A stretch of 64,000 bases of DNA, from the NCBI GenBank assembly GCA_038882655.1, contig JAVZNT010000002.1, positions 1 through 64,000 of the forward strand. The letters are read 5' to 3'. This document shows, in pieces, positions 18,103 through 28,210 of the stretch. The notes under the pieces are model-generated. The model saw only the letters and a program-made list of their open reading frames with translations, did no database searches and had not been told where the DNA came from. The position numbers were made by a program, and so were the translations under genes. The stretch's first letter is position 1; every line of letters starts with the position of its first letter. The DNA is from Candidatus Bathyarchaeia archaeon (GTDB lineage Archaea; Thermoproteota; Bathyarchaeia; Bathyarchaeales; Bathycorpusculaceae).

Positions 18103-20508
18103 ATGGCGAGAGAGGAAATACGCGTAGGGGTTTATGTTTGCCACTGCGGTTTGAATATTGCAGGGTCTGTTGACTGTAAAGAGGTTGCAGAATTTGCTTC
18201 AACGCTCCCTAATGTTGTTTTGGCAAGAGATTACCGTTATACATGCTCGGACCAAGGGCAAGAGCTAATTAAGAATGATATTAGGGAGTATAGGCTTAAC
18301 CGTGTGGTTGTTGCCTCGTGTTCTCCTCGCCTCCACGAGCCAACGTTTCGAAAAGTGTGTGAAGAGGCTGGGTTAAACAAGTACCTTTTTGAGATGGCTA
18401 ACATACGGGAGCAGTGCAGTTGGGTTCACCTACATGATAGGAAGGCAGCAACCCAAAAGGCTAAAGACCTTGTGAAGATGGCTGTGGCAAAAGCTGCCCT
18501 ATTAAAACCAGCCAGCGAAATTGAAGTGCCAATTATACGAAAAGCATTAGTTATTGGCGGCGGCGTTGCAGGAATTCAAGCAGCATTAGACCTTGCTGAC
18601 ACTGGTTATAAGGTTTATTTGGTGGAAAGGGAGCCGAGCATCGGCGGAATGATGGCGCGAATAGATAAGACTTTCCCAACAATGGACTGTTCCATATGCA
18701 TTCTTGCCCCAAAAATGTCCGACGTGGGGCATCATCCAAACATTGAACTATTAACCAACAGTGAAGTTATCGATGTAAAGGGGTATATCGGCAACTTCCG
18801 AGTAAAAGTTTTAAAAAAGCCGCGTTATGTGAAGGAAGACTGCTCAGCGTGCGGTGAATGCTCAAAAGTTTGTCCCATGACAGCGCCGAACGAGTTTGAT
18901 GCTGGATTAGCCCTAAGACACGCCATTTACACGCCGTTTGCACAAGCAGTTCCGTCAACCTACATAATTGACATGAACCTATGCCTAAACAAAGACGGCG
19001 TAATGGTATGCGACAAATGCGTTAAGGCTTGCGAAAGGCAAGCCGTAGACTTCACAATGAAACTTGAAACCGTAGAACTAGAAGTAGGCACGATTATAGT
19101 GGCAACAGGCGCAGACATTTTCGACCCTTCAAATCTGCCGCAATATGGTTACGGCAAGTATCTAAACGTCATCACATCCCTCGAGTTTGAGAGGCTAATT
19201 AATGCTGGAGGTCCTTCCGGTGGAAGACTAATTAGACCTAATGATATGAAAGTTCCAAAACGTGTGGCTTTCATACAATGTGTTGGCTCCCGCTCCAATA
19301 GGACTGGACGAACCTACTGCAGCAATGTTTGCTGCATGAACACCATAAAGGACGGCCTCCTCATCAAAGAACACTGGCCTGAAACTGAAATCTACGTCTT
19401 TTATGTTGATATTCGTGCATATGGAAAGGGCTTTGAAGACCTATACAAGAGGGCTAAAAAGGAAGGTGTAATATTCATCCGGGGGCTTCCAGCAGAAATA
19501 ATTGAGGATAAGAAAACTCGGAACCTTTGGCTTATAGGCGAAAACACGCTTTTGAAAGAGCCTTATAAAATGAACTTTGACATGGTTATTCTATCCGTTG
19601 GGCTGGAACCGCGAAAAGACAGCGAAGTGATACAGAGGCTTTTGACTCTTTCGAGGACACAGGACGGATTTTTCATGGAGGCCCACCCAAAACTTAGACC
19701 GGTGGACGCCGCCACGGGAGGCATATTTTTCGCTGGGTGCGCTGAAGCCCCAAAGGACATAAAGGACAGCGTAACACAAGCCAGCGCGGCTGCAGCCAGA
19801 GCCGGCATACTAATGGCTAAAGGCAAAGTTACGGTTGAGGCCATTACGCCAATTTTAGATGTGGAAAAATGTAAGGCTTGCGGGCTTTGCACAAAGGTTT
19901 GTCCCTACAATGCAATAACCCTCAACAAGGATCTTAAACGAGTTGAAATTGTTGAGGCTGCTTGTGGTGGATGCGGAACATGCGCTGCAGAATGTCCATC
20001 TGACGCATTAACTCAGAACCATTTCACTGATGAGCAAATAATGGCTCAAATTGACGCCGTTACGGAACATGATGCCGACAAGAAAATTGTCGCTTTTTGC
20101 TGCAACTGGTGCGCGTATGCGGGTGCAGATTTCGCCGGAGTAAGCAGAATGCAGTATCCGCCAAACGTTCGTATAATTAGGACCATGTGCTCTGGAAGAG
20201 TAGCCCCTAAATTCGTTGAAAGAGCCTTCGCAAGAGGCGCTGCCGCAGTTCTAGTAGCTGGCTGCCACCCTGGAGACTGCCACTACATCAATGCCAACTA
20301 TCATACACAAAGACGTGTGGAACGCTTATGGAAGAAGATGGAACAGAATGGGCTGAACAAAGAGAGGCTTCAGCTTTTATGGGCTTCAGCGGCTGAAGGG
20401 GAAAGATACGCTTCCAAGATTTATGAGATGCAAAAAATTGTGGAGAGCGTAACCCCAGAGGAAATAGAACATGCCAAAAAAGTTTTTTCAAAAGTTGGAG
20501 GAGCTTAA
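18103..20508 (+). CDS. hdrA: Heterodisulfide reductase A fused to an MvhD domain
   Basis: VYVCHCG, ASCSPRLHE, GGGVAGI, DKTFPTMDCSIC, QCVGSR, CSNVCC; C-terminal FCCNWCAY, MCSGR, GCHPGDCHY. Confidence 0.93.
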   Translation: MAREEIRVGVYVCHCGLNIAGSVDCKEVAEFASTLPNVVLARDYRYTCSDQGQELIKNDIREYRLNRVVVASCSPRLHEPTFRKVCEEAGLNKYLFEMANIREQCSWVHLHDRKAATQKAKDLVKMAVAKAALLKPASEIEVPIIRKALVIGGGVAGIQAALDLADTGYKVYLVEREPSIGGMMARIDKTFPTMDCSICILAPKMSDVGHHPNIELLTNSEVIDVKGYIGNFRVKVLKKPRYVKEDCSACGECSKVCPMTAPNEFDAGLALRHAIYTPFAQAVPSTYIIDMNLCLNKDGVMVCDKCVKACERQAVDFTMKLETVELEVGTIIVATGADIFDPSNLPQYGYGKYLNVITSLEFERLINAGGPSGGRLIRPNDMKVPKRVAFIQCVGSRSNRTGRTYCSNVCCMNTIKDGLLIKEHWPETEIYVFYVDIRAYGKGFEDLYKRAKKEGVIFIRGLPAEIIEDKKTRNLWLIGENTLLKEPYKMNFDMVILSVGLEPRKDSEVIQRLLTLSRTQDGFFMEAHPKLRPVDAATGGIFFAGCAEAPKDIKDSVTQASAAAARAGILMAKGKVTVEAITPILDVEKCKACGLCTKVCPYNAITLNKDLKRVEIVEAACGGCGTCAAECPSDALTQNHFTDEQIMAQIDAVTEHDADKKIVAFCCNWCAYAGADFAGVSRMQYPPNVRIIRTMCSGRVAPKFVERAFARGAAAVLVAGCHPGDCHYINANYHTQRRVERLWKKMEQNGLNKERLQLLWASAAEGERYASKIYEMQKIVESVTPEEIEHAKKVFSKVGGA

Positions 20509-20509
20509 A

Positions 20510-20788
20510 ATGCCGGAAAGGCTTTGGAGAACTCCACTAGATATTGATAAGGTTTCGAGGCTGAAAGCTGAAATTCACATATTGAAAGACCAGTGTAAGG
20601 GTTGTGGCTTCTGCATTCAATACTGTCCCAAAAAAGTTTTAGAAGAATCCAATGAAATTAATGCCAGAGGAGTTCATCCCCCAAGAGTTGTTGATGAAAA
20701 AAGCTGCATATTATGTAGCTTTTGTACGGCTGTTTGCCCAGACTTCGCAATCTTCGTTAAGGAGAAACAATGTAAGGATGGATGTTAG
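20510..20788 (+). CDS. 2x[4Fe-4S] ferredoxin, 2-oxoacid:ferredoxin oxidoreductase delta subunit
   Basis: CKGCGFCIQYCP, CILCSFCTAVCPDFAI; likely start ATG 20510. Confidence 0.9.
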   Translation: MPERLWRTPLDIDKVSRLKAEIHILKDQCKGCGFCIQYCPKKVLEESNEINARGVHPPRVVDEKSCILCSFCTAVCPDFAIFVKEKQCKDGC

Positions 20789-21943
20789 ATGGCTGGCGAA
20801 AAAACGGTTTTAACTGGCGTGCACTTTATGAGCGGCGACATAGCATGCGCAGAGGGCGCCATCGCGGCTGGATGCCGATTTTTCGCTGGATACCCCATAA
20901 CACCAGCAACTGAGATAGCCGAGCACATAGCAGCCCGAATGCCAAAAGTTGGCGGAATCTACATTCAAATGGAAGATGAAATAGCCTCTATAGCCGCCGT
21001 TATAGGCGCATCCTATGCGGGTTTGAAGGCTATGACGGCCACTTCTGGACCGGGCTTCAGCTTGATGCAGGAGAATATAGGCTTGGCTGCCATGACAGAA
21101 GCCCCATGCGTGATTGTTGACGTAATGCGGGGAGGCCCCAGCACTGGACAACCAACTCTTCCGGGACAACAGGATGTCATGCAAGCCAAATGGGGTTCCC
21201 ATGGCGATTATGAAATCATTGCGTTGGCGCCTTCATCTGTTCAGGAAATGTTTAACTTGACGATTGAGGCGTTTAACTTGGCTGAGACTTACCGTGTTCC
21301 AACATTGGTGATGGCTGACGAAGTTGTTGCCCACATGTGGGAAAGAGTTATGATTCCACCAGTTGAGGAGATAAAGGTAGTTAACCGCAAAAAGCCTAAC
21401 ACACCACCAGAAAAGTATGCGCCTTTCATGCCCGATGACGACTTGGTTCCACCCATGGCTTGTTTCGGCGAGGGTTTTCGTTTTCATGCAACAGGCTTAA
21501 CCCATGATGAGTATGGCCATCCACGCACGCAAAGCTCAGAGGCTCAAACGAGGCTTGTGCAGAGGCTCTGCGACAAAATAAGGAAAAACGCTGACAAAAT
21601 TATCCGCGTTGAAGAACAAATGCTGGACGACGCCGACATAGTGGTTTTTGCCTACGGAATAGTTGCAAGGGCAGCCCTAAGCGCTGTAAGAAAAGCAAGG
21701 CAACAAGGTATAAAAGCGGGGCTCCTCCGCCCAATCACCCTTTGGCCTTTCCCAGAAAAGCATGTGGCAAAGGCTGCTGAAAAAGCTAAAGCCATAATTG
21801 TTCCAGAAATGAATTGTGGGCAGATGGTTAGGGAAGTTGAAAGAGCCGCAAAAGGAAAGTCGGCTTTTCATTTACCAAAATTAGGTGAGGAGCCGCATAC
21901 GCCGATGGAAATTCTCGAGTTTATAAGGAGGCATGATAGATGA
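20789..21943 (+). CDS. korA: 2-oxoacid:ferredoxin oxidoreductase alpha subunit (KorA type)
   Basis: GYPITPATE, QMEDEIA, TATSGPG, RGGPSTG. Confidence 0.9.
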   Translation: MAGEKTVLTGVHFMSGDIACAEGAIAAGCRFFAGYPITPATEIAEHIAARMPKVGGIYIQMEDEIASIAAVIGASYAGLKAMTATSGPGFSLMQENIGLAAMTEAPCVIVDVMRGGPSTGQPTLPGQQDVMQAKWGSHGDYEIIALAPSSVQEMFNLTIEAFNLAETYRVPTLVMADEVVAHMWERVMIPPVEEIKVVNRKKPNTPPEKYAPFMPDDDLVPPMACFGEGFRFHATGLTHDEYGHPRTQSSEAQTRLVQRLCDKIRKNADKIIRVEEQMLDDADIVVFAYGIVARAALSAVRKARQQGIKAGLLRPITLWPFPEKHVAKAAEKAKAIIVPEMNCGQMVREVERAAKGKSAFHLPKLGEEPHTPMEILEFIRRHDR

Positions 21944-22779
21944 TAGAGGCTGTTGAGCAGCATCCCCTTTCAAAATATTTGAGAGCCGCCATGATGCCTC
22001 ACATATGGTGCTCCGGATGTGGAAATGGCATAATACTCAACGCTTTTGTGCATGCACTTGACGAGTTGCGGATAAACCTTGACAAGCTTGTAGTCGTTTC
22101 TGGAATAGGCTGCATTGGAAGGGCAGCTGGCTACACGAATGTTGATTCCTTTCACACAACTCATGGGCGCCCCATTGCCTTTGCAACTGGCGTTAAACTT
22201 GCAAACCCAGAGTTGGAAGTTGCTGTTATAAGCGGTGACGGTGACCTTTTTGCCATAGGGGGGAACCACTTCATCCACGCCGCAAGGAGAAACATTGGAA
22301 TTAAGGTGATATGCGCCAACAACTTCAACTACGGAATGACTGGCGGACAAGTTGGACCAACAACACCATTAGATGCTCTTACGACAACAACACCTTATGG
22401 GAATATAGAACATCCCTTCAACCTGGTTCATTTGGCAGCGGCGGCCGGCGCCACTTATGTGGCAAGATGGACAACACTTCACGTGCGAATGCTAACAATG
22501 TCCATAAAGAAACTTCTGCAAAGAAAAGGCTTCTCCTTTATAGAGGTTATATCGCCATGCCCAGAAATTTATGGACGCCGCAACAGAATGCGAACGGGGC
22601 TTGAAATGATGGAGTGGTTTAAGAAGGCAGCAGTTATCGCCAACTTCTCAGACCCGGCTAAGGCGGAAATAAACTCCGAAAGAATAGTTATCGGCGAATT
22701 TGTTGACATTCAGAAGCCAACCTATGATGAGCTGCTCCACAATAAAATGGCACAAATAGTGAAAGATTGTGGGGAGTAA
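21940..22779 (+). CDS. korB: 2-oxoacid:ferredoxin oxidoreductase beta subunit
   Basis: WCSGCG, SGIGC, HTTHGR, GDGD..GMTGGQ..PTT, SPC. Confidence 0.9.
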   Translation: MIEAVEQHPLSKYLRAAMMPHIWCSGCGNGIILNAFVHALDELRINLDKLVVVSGIGCIGRAAGYTNVDSFHTTHGRPIAFATGVKLANPELEVAVISGDGDLFAIGGNHFIHAARRNIGIKVICANNFNYGMTGGQVGPTTPLDALTTTTPYGNIEHPFNLVHLAAAAGATYVARWTTLHVRMLTMSIKKLLQRKGFSFIEVISPCPEIYGRRNRMRTGLEMMEWFKKAAVIANFSDPAKAEINSERIVIGEFVDIQKPTYDELLHNKMAQIVKDCGE

Positions 22780-22789
22780 GTGAGGCGTT

Positions 22790-23335
22790 ATGCGTGTTGA
22801 AATCAGATTTGCAGGTTTCGGCGGGCAGGGAATAATTAAATCGGGAATTATGGTGGCTACAGCTGCATGCATATACAGTGGAAAACACGCCGTGCAAACA
22901 CAGTCTTATGGACCGGAGTCGCGAGGAGGCGCATGCCGATCTGAAGTTGTGATAGCGGACGATGAAATTGACTTTCCAAAAGTCACAGAGCCAGACGTCT
23001 TGGTGGTGATGTCCCAGCACGCCTACAACGAGTATGCGGAAACTGTGAAAAAGGGAGGAACAATAATACTTGACCCGGATATGATTCCCAACGAGATGGA
23101 ACTTGAAGGTGTAAAAGTTTTCCGTGTTCCAGCCACGAGGATGGCTGAGGAGCTTGGAAGGAGGATTGTTGCAAACGTCGTTATGCTGGGGGCTTTTGCA
23201 GCAATAACTGGAATGGTGGACAAGGAAGCCCTAAAAGAGTCGATTAAGGCTAATGTTCCAAAGGGTACAGAGGAGCTAAACCTAAAAGCCTTTGAAATTG
23301 GCTATGAATACGGCAAAAAGGCTGTTGAAGGCTAA
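22790..23335 (+). CDS. korC: 2-oxoacid:ferredoxin oxidoreductase gamma subunit
   Basis: GFGGQG, SYGPESRGG, ANVVMLG, NLKAF. Confidence 0.9.
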   Translation: MRVEIRFAGFGGQGIIKSGIMVATAACIYSGKHAVQTQSYGPESRGGACRSEVVIADDEIDFPKVTEPDVLVVMSQHAYNEYAETVKKGGTIILDPDMIPNEMELEGVKVFRVPATRMAEELGRRIVANVVMLGAFAAITGMVDKEALKESIKANVPKGTEELNLKAFEIGYEYGKKAVEG

Positions 23336-23949
23336 CTTTGCTGCTCAACGCTCTGCAGTGGCACTTGTAATTGAGCCACTTGTGTCAGAAGCTTAGATTT
23401 TCTAATGCCAACGTGGCGAAGGGGAACAATTTTTCTTGCTTCGTTGTAAATGTCTGACGCTATTTTTCCTAGAACCATTTCTTGGACAAACTGGTCCATT
23501 GTTAGGGCGGTGCTTTTCTCCTCAACTATTTTCGCCATAATTTTACGTATGGCATGCTCTTGTGAAGTCTTTATCCTTGAAAGGGTAAAGGCGCAGACCG
23601 CCAATCTAAATCTGTAACCGTCTTTTGTTGAAACGTTAAAGATTCCATCAACCTTTGTTGTTCTCCGCCTCACAAGACTTCTAAGGTAGTCCCTTGAATA
23701 TTCATGTCCTTTAAACACGGTGCGGGCTGTTTTCTCATCTATCTGTATTATTTGGAAGTACAATTTTAAGTACTGGTGGGAAAAGTCTCCCGTAATATCG
23801 TAAAGTGTTGCCTCAATAACCCTTCCAATGATTTTTTCTTGTTCATCCGCTGGGATTGAGCCTAGCTCAACGTTTCCGAAGTATGATGGGGCAACTACCG
23901 TGTACCATGCCTTGCTACGCCACTTATCCCTTATCTTTTTAGTTGACAA
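23332..23949 (-). CDS. rps3ae: Ribosomal protein eS1 (S3Ae)
   Basis: DKWRSKAWY, TLYDITGD, RDYLRSLVRR. Confidence 0.95.
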   Translation of the reverse strand: MSTKKIRDKWRSKAWYTVVAPSYFGNVELGSIPADEQEKIIGRVIEATLYDITGDFSHQYLKLYFQIIQIDEKTARTVFKGHEYSRDYLRSLVRRRTTKVDGIFNVSTKDGYRFRLAVCAFTLSRIKTSQEHAIRKIMAKIVEEKSTALTMDQFVQEMVLGKIASDIYNEARKIVPLRHVGIRKSKLLTQVAQLQVPLQSVEQQS

Positions 23950-24004
23950 CGTTACCCTCCATTCTTAATAGCGGAGAAAAGTCACATTACGAGGGTATTA
24001 AGCT

Positions 24005-25294
24005 TTACCTTTTCGACTCTATCTTTTCCAAGCCACCCATATACTTTCTCAAAACCTCTGGGATGATTATTGAGCCGTCGGCTTGCTGATAGTTTTCCAG
24101 TATAGCCACAATGGTTCTTCCAGTTGCCAACGCTGTGGAGTTAAGCGTGTGTACAAAACCTTTCGGCGGTTCCCCCTCTTTTTCCCTATACCTAATGTTC
24201 AATCGCCTAGCTTGGTAATCCGTGCAGTTGCTGCATGAAATTATTTCTCTGTAGGCGTTTTGCGCTGGCATCCAGACCTCAATATCGTATTTTTTGGCGG
24301 CAACTGTTCCAATATCGCCGGTGCAGACGTTTACGACGCGGTATGGCAAGCCAAGCTTTTGAACAAGTTCCTCCGCATTTCTAATAAGCTCTTCATGGAA
24401 CTGCCAAGAGTCTTCTGGCTTGCAGAATATGAACTGCTCAACCTTGTTAAACTGGTGGGTGCGGAAAATCCCACGGGTGTCCTTGCCGTGGGCGCCCGCC
24501 TCTTTCCTAAAATTTGGGCTTATGCCGACAAATTTGATGGGTAAGTCTTCAGCCCTTAAAACCTCGTCCATAAACATTGCCGCCATTGGATGCTCTGAAG
24601 TCGCAATTAGGTATAGGTCTTCGTTTTCGATTTTGTAGAGGCTGTCTTCGAAGTCGCTGAGGGCGGTAACCCCCTCATAGGGTTTGCGTCTCATCAGGAA
24701 GGGGGGTTCTATTGGCGTGTAGCCCTTCTTAACCATCTCCTCCAACGCAAAATTTAACAATGCAATGTCGAGCAGGACGCCTTCCTTTTTAAGGTAAAAG
24801 AATCTTGCTCCGGCTATTTTTCCAGCCCTTTCAATGTCCATTATGTCTAGGCTTAGACCAAGCGTAATATGGTCTTTAACTGGAAAATTGAAGCGCGGTA
24901 TTTCTCCCCAAGTCCTCACGGTAACATTGTCATGCTCGTCTTTGCCTATTGGAACAGAATCATGTAAAAGGTTTGGAAGCCTCAGGAGGTAGTAGCGTGC
25001 TTTCTCCTCGTATTCGCCGACCAACCGTTCTAAATTTGCTATTTCCTTATCTATCTCCTTAGCCCTAGAAACCATTAGAGTGGCGTCTACGTCTCTCTTT
25101 TTCAAAGATGCAATTTCCATTGTTATACGGTTTCTCTCCCGCCGCAAGTCATTAAGTCTCGTCAAGTGCTGACGCCAAAGCTTATCGCATTCAATCAGCC
25201 CATCCACCATCCTTAAAAATTCAGGTTCGCATCTCCTCTTTAGGTTCTCTCTCACGAGCTCTGGTTTTTCTCGAATCAGCTTTATGTCCAGCAT
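24005..25294 (-). CDS. serS: Seryl-tRNA synthetase
   Basis: MLDIKLIR, YLIATSE, FRKEAG..GIFRTHQF, SCSNCTDYQARR. Confidence 0.96.
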   Translation of the reverse strand: MLDIKLIREKPELVRENLKRRCEPEFLRMVDGLIECDKLWRQHLTRLNDLRRERNRITMEIASLKKRDVDATLMVSRAKEIDKEIANLERLVGEYEEKARYYLLRLPNLLHDSVPIGKDEHDNVTVRTWGEIPRFNFPVKDHITLGLSLDIMDIERAGKIAGARFFYLKKEGVLLDIALLNFALEEMVKKGYTPIEPPFLMRRKPYEGVTALSDFEDSLYKIENEDLYLIATSEHPMAAMFMDEVLRAEDLPIKFVGISPNFRKEAGAHGKDTRGIFRTHQFNKVEQFIFCKPEDSWQFHEELIRNAEELVQKLGLPYRVVNVCTGDIGTVAAKKYDIEVWMPAQNAYREIISCSNCTDYQARRLNIRYREKEGEPPKGFVHTLNSTALATGRTIVAILENYQQADGSIIIPEVLRKYMGGLEKIESKR

Positions 25295-25305
25295 TTTGAA
25301 ACCAA

Positions 25306-25554
25306 CTATTCAAGTTTCCGCGCAGTTTTTAGAGTTTTCTCCGCCAATGATATGGCGAAAAGCAAATCATCAATTGTTGCAATGAAAGTTTGAAGCTTCC
25401 GCCTACATTTTATGCATGTAACAACGTTTTTGTCTTCCCTCGCCGTTTTAACGTATAAGCCACTCGGCACTTTAAAGTTGTCCGGCGAAACAGCTTTTGC
25501 AACCGCCTCGGCGCTTTTCATATCATCATAACTTATTATAATTTCAGCTTCCAA
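25306..25554 (-). CDS. pcc1: KEOPS subunit Pcc1
   Basis: AVSPDN motif, about 80 aa, conserved position after the DHH nuclease; likely TTG start 25554. Confidence 0.8.
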   Translation of the reverse strand: MEAEIIISYDDMKSAEAVAKAVSPDNFKVPSGLYVKTAREDKNVVTCIKCRRKLQTFIATIDDLLFAISLAEKTLKTARKLE

Positions 25555-26995
25555 TGTTCTCTCCAGCCAGCTGTTTCCCAACAAGTTCATTGACAAGTTT
25601 TATGAAAGTTTCCACGTTTTTCATTGGAACTTGGGCGCCAGCAGCAACGTTATGACCTCCACCCTTTCCCAAGCATTTTTGAGCCGCAACTTGCATAACT
25701 TCTCCAAGATTGATGCCTTTGTAGGTTACTGTGTCTATGGTTCTTGCTGAAACCTTTACGATCCCTTCTTCTTTGACGTCTGCGTAGGCAATGAGGGGTT
25801 TCTCGGGGTTCGGAAGGCTCGTTGTAAGAATTGAAGAGATTGCTCCAACAATTTTGTCGTCTATAAAATCTTCGCCGTAAACAACGTAAATGTTTTTCAT
25901 CTCCCTTATCCTTTCGGGCTTCTCCATAATCCAGCCCAAATACCTATTAATTGTACGCCTATACTCTTCAAGGACTTTGCTGGCCTCTTCTAGGGCTGGT
26001 CCTCTATCACCCATGCAGACTGCTACTCCAACGCTAGGTTTGTCCATGCGGCCAACAGCGTTAAGCAAGACAGCGAACTCCCTTCCATCTCTAAGTGATG
26101 TCCAAGGCTCTTCTTTGTTAAGGATGTAAACATGCCCTATGAGATTTGATACTTCATAATGCAGTCCCTTTGAGAGTAGATATTCTGCCAGTGCCGAGCA
26201 GAGCCTTCTCTTTTCATCTTCTGAAAGGTCTCTTAAAGCCCGCCATTTATCGCCGTATTTTGGCTTTATGTCTATGCTCGCCAGAAATGCCAAGCTTTTG
26301 TCTTCTTCTCCGCTTATGCCGGGAATGAAGGGGTTTGTTGTGGACGCCAAAGTTTTGTGGATTGGACGGGTTTCCCTACCGAAAAATATTAAGTCCTTTT
26401 CAACCGTTAGCAGCCCTTGGCTTTTTGCGTCTTCAACGATTTTCTCGTTGAGCCCTCCGAGCATTCGCTGGTCATACTTGTCTTGTAAGTCCCCAAGTGC
26501 TCCAACGACAGCTATCGGAGCCGAATCGATGTTTACTTTGTCAATTGCCCTAGCCGTGAGATATGTTACACCGGCGCTGCTGATGTCTCGTGCTCCATCG
26601 ATACCGAACAAGTGGGGGTTGACACATAGAAAATCATTGCGTAACTCTTCGCCGAGCTGATGGTGGTCTAAAACAACAACTTTTATGCTTTGGGTTTTCT
26701 GCCTCAGCAAGTTTGCATAGTCGCTTCCAAGATCTGTGAAAATAACCATTTGAGGCTTTTCTTGCAGTATTTCAGCCACCAGTCTTTCGTCAACCCACTG
26801 TGTTATCCTAATGCGGAATCTCGCGTCAAGCCTGTAAAGGGCTTTTCCAATTACGCCAGCAGCGGCGACGCCATCAGCATCCAAATGCGAAAAGACATGA
26901 ATAAAACCATCTTCTTTAACCACTTCCAAAATGGTTTTGGCGGCATCTGAAACGCTGTCGAAGAATTTTGCGACTTGTTTCTCGTCCAATCCCAT
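25544..26995 (-). CDS. RecJ/Cdc45-like DHH phosphoesterase (GAN orthologue)
   Basis: SHLDADG, DLGS, DHH, GALGD, GGGHNVAAG; rps15-DHH-pcc1-rps3ae synteny typical of GAN. Confidence 0.88.
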   Translation of the reverse strand: MGLDEKQVAKFFDSVSDAAKTILEVVKEDGFIHVFSHLDADGVAAAGVIGKALYRLDARFRIRITQWVDERLVAEILQEKPQMVIFTDLGSDYANLLRQKTQSIKVVVLDHHQLGEELRNDFLCVNPHLFGIDGARDISSAGVTYLTARAIDKVNIDSAPIAVVGALGDLQDKYDQRMLGGLNEKIVEDAKSQGLLTVEKDLIFFGRETRPIHKTLASTTNPFIPGISGEEDKSLAFLASIDIKPKYGDKWRALRDLSEDEKRRLCSALAEYLLSKGLHYEVSNLIGHVYILNKEEPWTSLRDGREFAVLLNAVGRMDKPSVGVAVCMGDRGPALEEASKVLEEYRRTINRYLGWIMEKPERIREMKNIYVVYGEDFIDDKIVGAISSILTTSLPNPEKPLIAYADVKEEGIVKVSARTIDTVTYKGINLGEVMQVAAQKCLGKGGGHNVAAGAQVPMKNVETFIKLVNELVGKQLAGENIGS

Positions 26996-27065
26996 TTTCC
27001 ATCACGATTTGATACGTGGTCAAGAATTTAAGAGCAAATAGGCTGATGGGGTAAGAGGCTTAAGT

Positions 27066-27506
27066 CTAGGCTATTGATGCTATTTTCGGCTCGTACTTCC
27101 AGTTGGGAGGCAAAACACCCTCTTGTTTATAATATCTTGCAAGTTTGTGAATTTCCGCCTCCACAAGCTGCAAAGCTCTCTTGTTATGAAGGTCTTTCCT
27201 ATGTTTTTCAAGATGGGCTGAAAGCCTAGCAGCCTTCTTGAGCAGATTCCCAAGGTCTTCAGGTATTGGAGGTGCAAGCTCAGCCTCCTTAAGGATTTGC
27301 GTTATGGTCTTGCCAGTTAATGGCTTAACTAGAGGGATGGCATACTGATCCCTTAATATTGTTCCTATTTGGCTTGGAGGATGTCCCTCCTTTGCCAACT
27401 TAATGACGAGGGCTTCCACTTCTTCTGGTTGGTATTTGCACCAGCTTGGAGGGCGTTTGCTAACAGGTCTCGTCGAATGGGATTTGCCCTTTTCCTGTTT
27501 CGGCAT
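27066..27506 (-). CDS. rps15: Ribosomal protein uS15
   Basis: GKSHSTRP, IGTILRDQ, IPEDL, RYYK. Confidence 0.96.
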   Translation of the reverse strand: MPKQEKGKSHSTRPVSKRPPSWCKYQPEEVEALVIKLAKEGHPPSQIGTILRDQYAIPLVKPLTGKTITQILKEAELAPPIPEDLGNLLKKAARLSAHLEKHRKDLHNKRALQLVEAEIHKLARYYKQEGVLPPNWKYEPKIASIA

Positions 27507-27613
27507 GCCACTATCCCTTTTAGTTCTGTAAAAGCGAGGTTAGACGAATATTTAAGACCTTCGATTCACTCTTCTACTTAAATTTACTGTGAAAAGCGAC
27601 TTAAACTATTCGC

Positions 27614-28204
27614 CTAGACCTTTAGGCTTTTATACCATTTAGCAAATTTTCGAAAGGCTCTTGCCCTATGGGAATACTTGTTCTTTTCACCGATGCTCAT
27701 TTCAGCGAAGGTTTTTTGACTGTTTAATGGCTTAAAAATCGGGTCAAAACCGAAGCCGTGGTGGCTTTCCCTTTGCGGTTCTCTGGTTATCTCACCTACA
27801 ACTTCTCCCTTAAAGCATATTGGAGCATCCAGTTCTCTGGAGAAAAACGCCACTACAGACTGAAACTTTGCTTTTCTGTTTCTGCTTTTCTTCATAAGCT
27901 TCAGCAAGCCTTCATTGCCTATGGTCTTGTAAACATAGGAGGAGTAGGGTCCTGGAAAGCCGTTTAAGGCTTTAACAAAGAGACCGGCATCCTCAACTAT
28001 TAGGGGGAGACCGCACTGTTTGAAGGCGTGAGTGGCGCTTATTTTTGCGATTTCTTCAAGGTTTTCGCTTTGAATCTCGAGAGTTTTGACTCTTATCATG
28101 CCAACGGCTATTTTGTAGCGGCTTAAGACCTTGCGGGCTTCGTTAAACTTGTTAATGTTGTTCGTTGCAAAGAATATGAGTTTACCCTTCAATTGAAAGC
28201 TCAT
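27614..28204 (-). CDS. rdgB: XTP/dITP diphosphatase (RdgB/HAM1)
   Basis: ATNNINK, VEDAGL..LNGFPGPYS, FGFDPIF, KNKYSHR. Confidence 0.93.
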   Translation of the reverse strand: MSFQLKGKLIFFATNNINKFNEARKVLSRYKIAVGMIRVKTLEIQSENLEEIAKISATHAFKQCGLPLIVEDAGLFVKALNGFPGPYSSYVYKTIGNEGLLKLMKKSRNRKAKFQSVVAFFSRELDAPICFKGEVVGEITREPQRESHHGFGFDPIFKPLNSQKTFAEMSIGEKNKYSHRARAFRKFAKWYKSLKV

Positions 28205-28210
28205 AGCCGT

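Noticed and set aside
16653-20508. Hdr genes as evidence of methanogenesis
   Set aside because: No mcr, mtr or hdrB in the window; HdrA/MvhD modules are common in non-methanogens.
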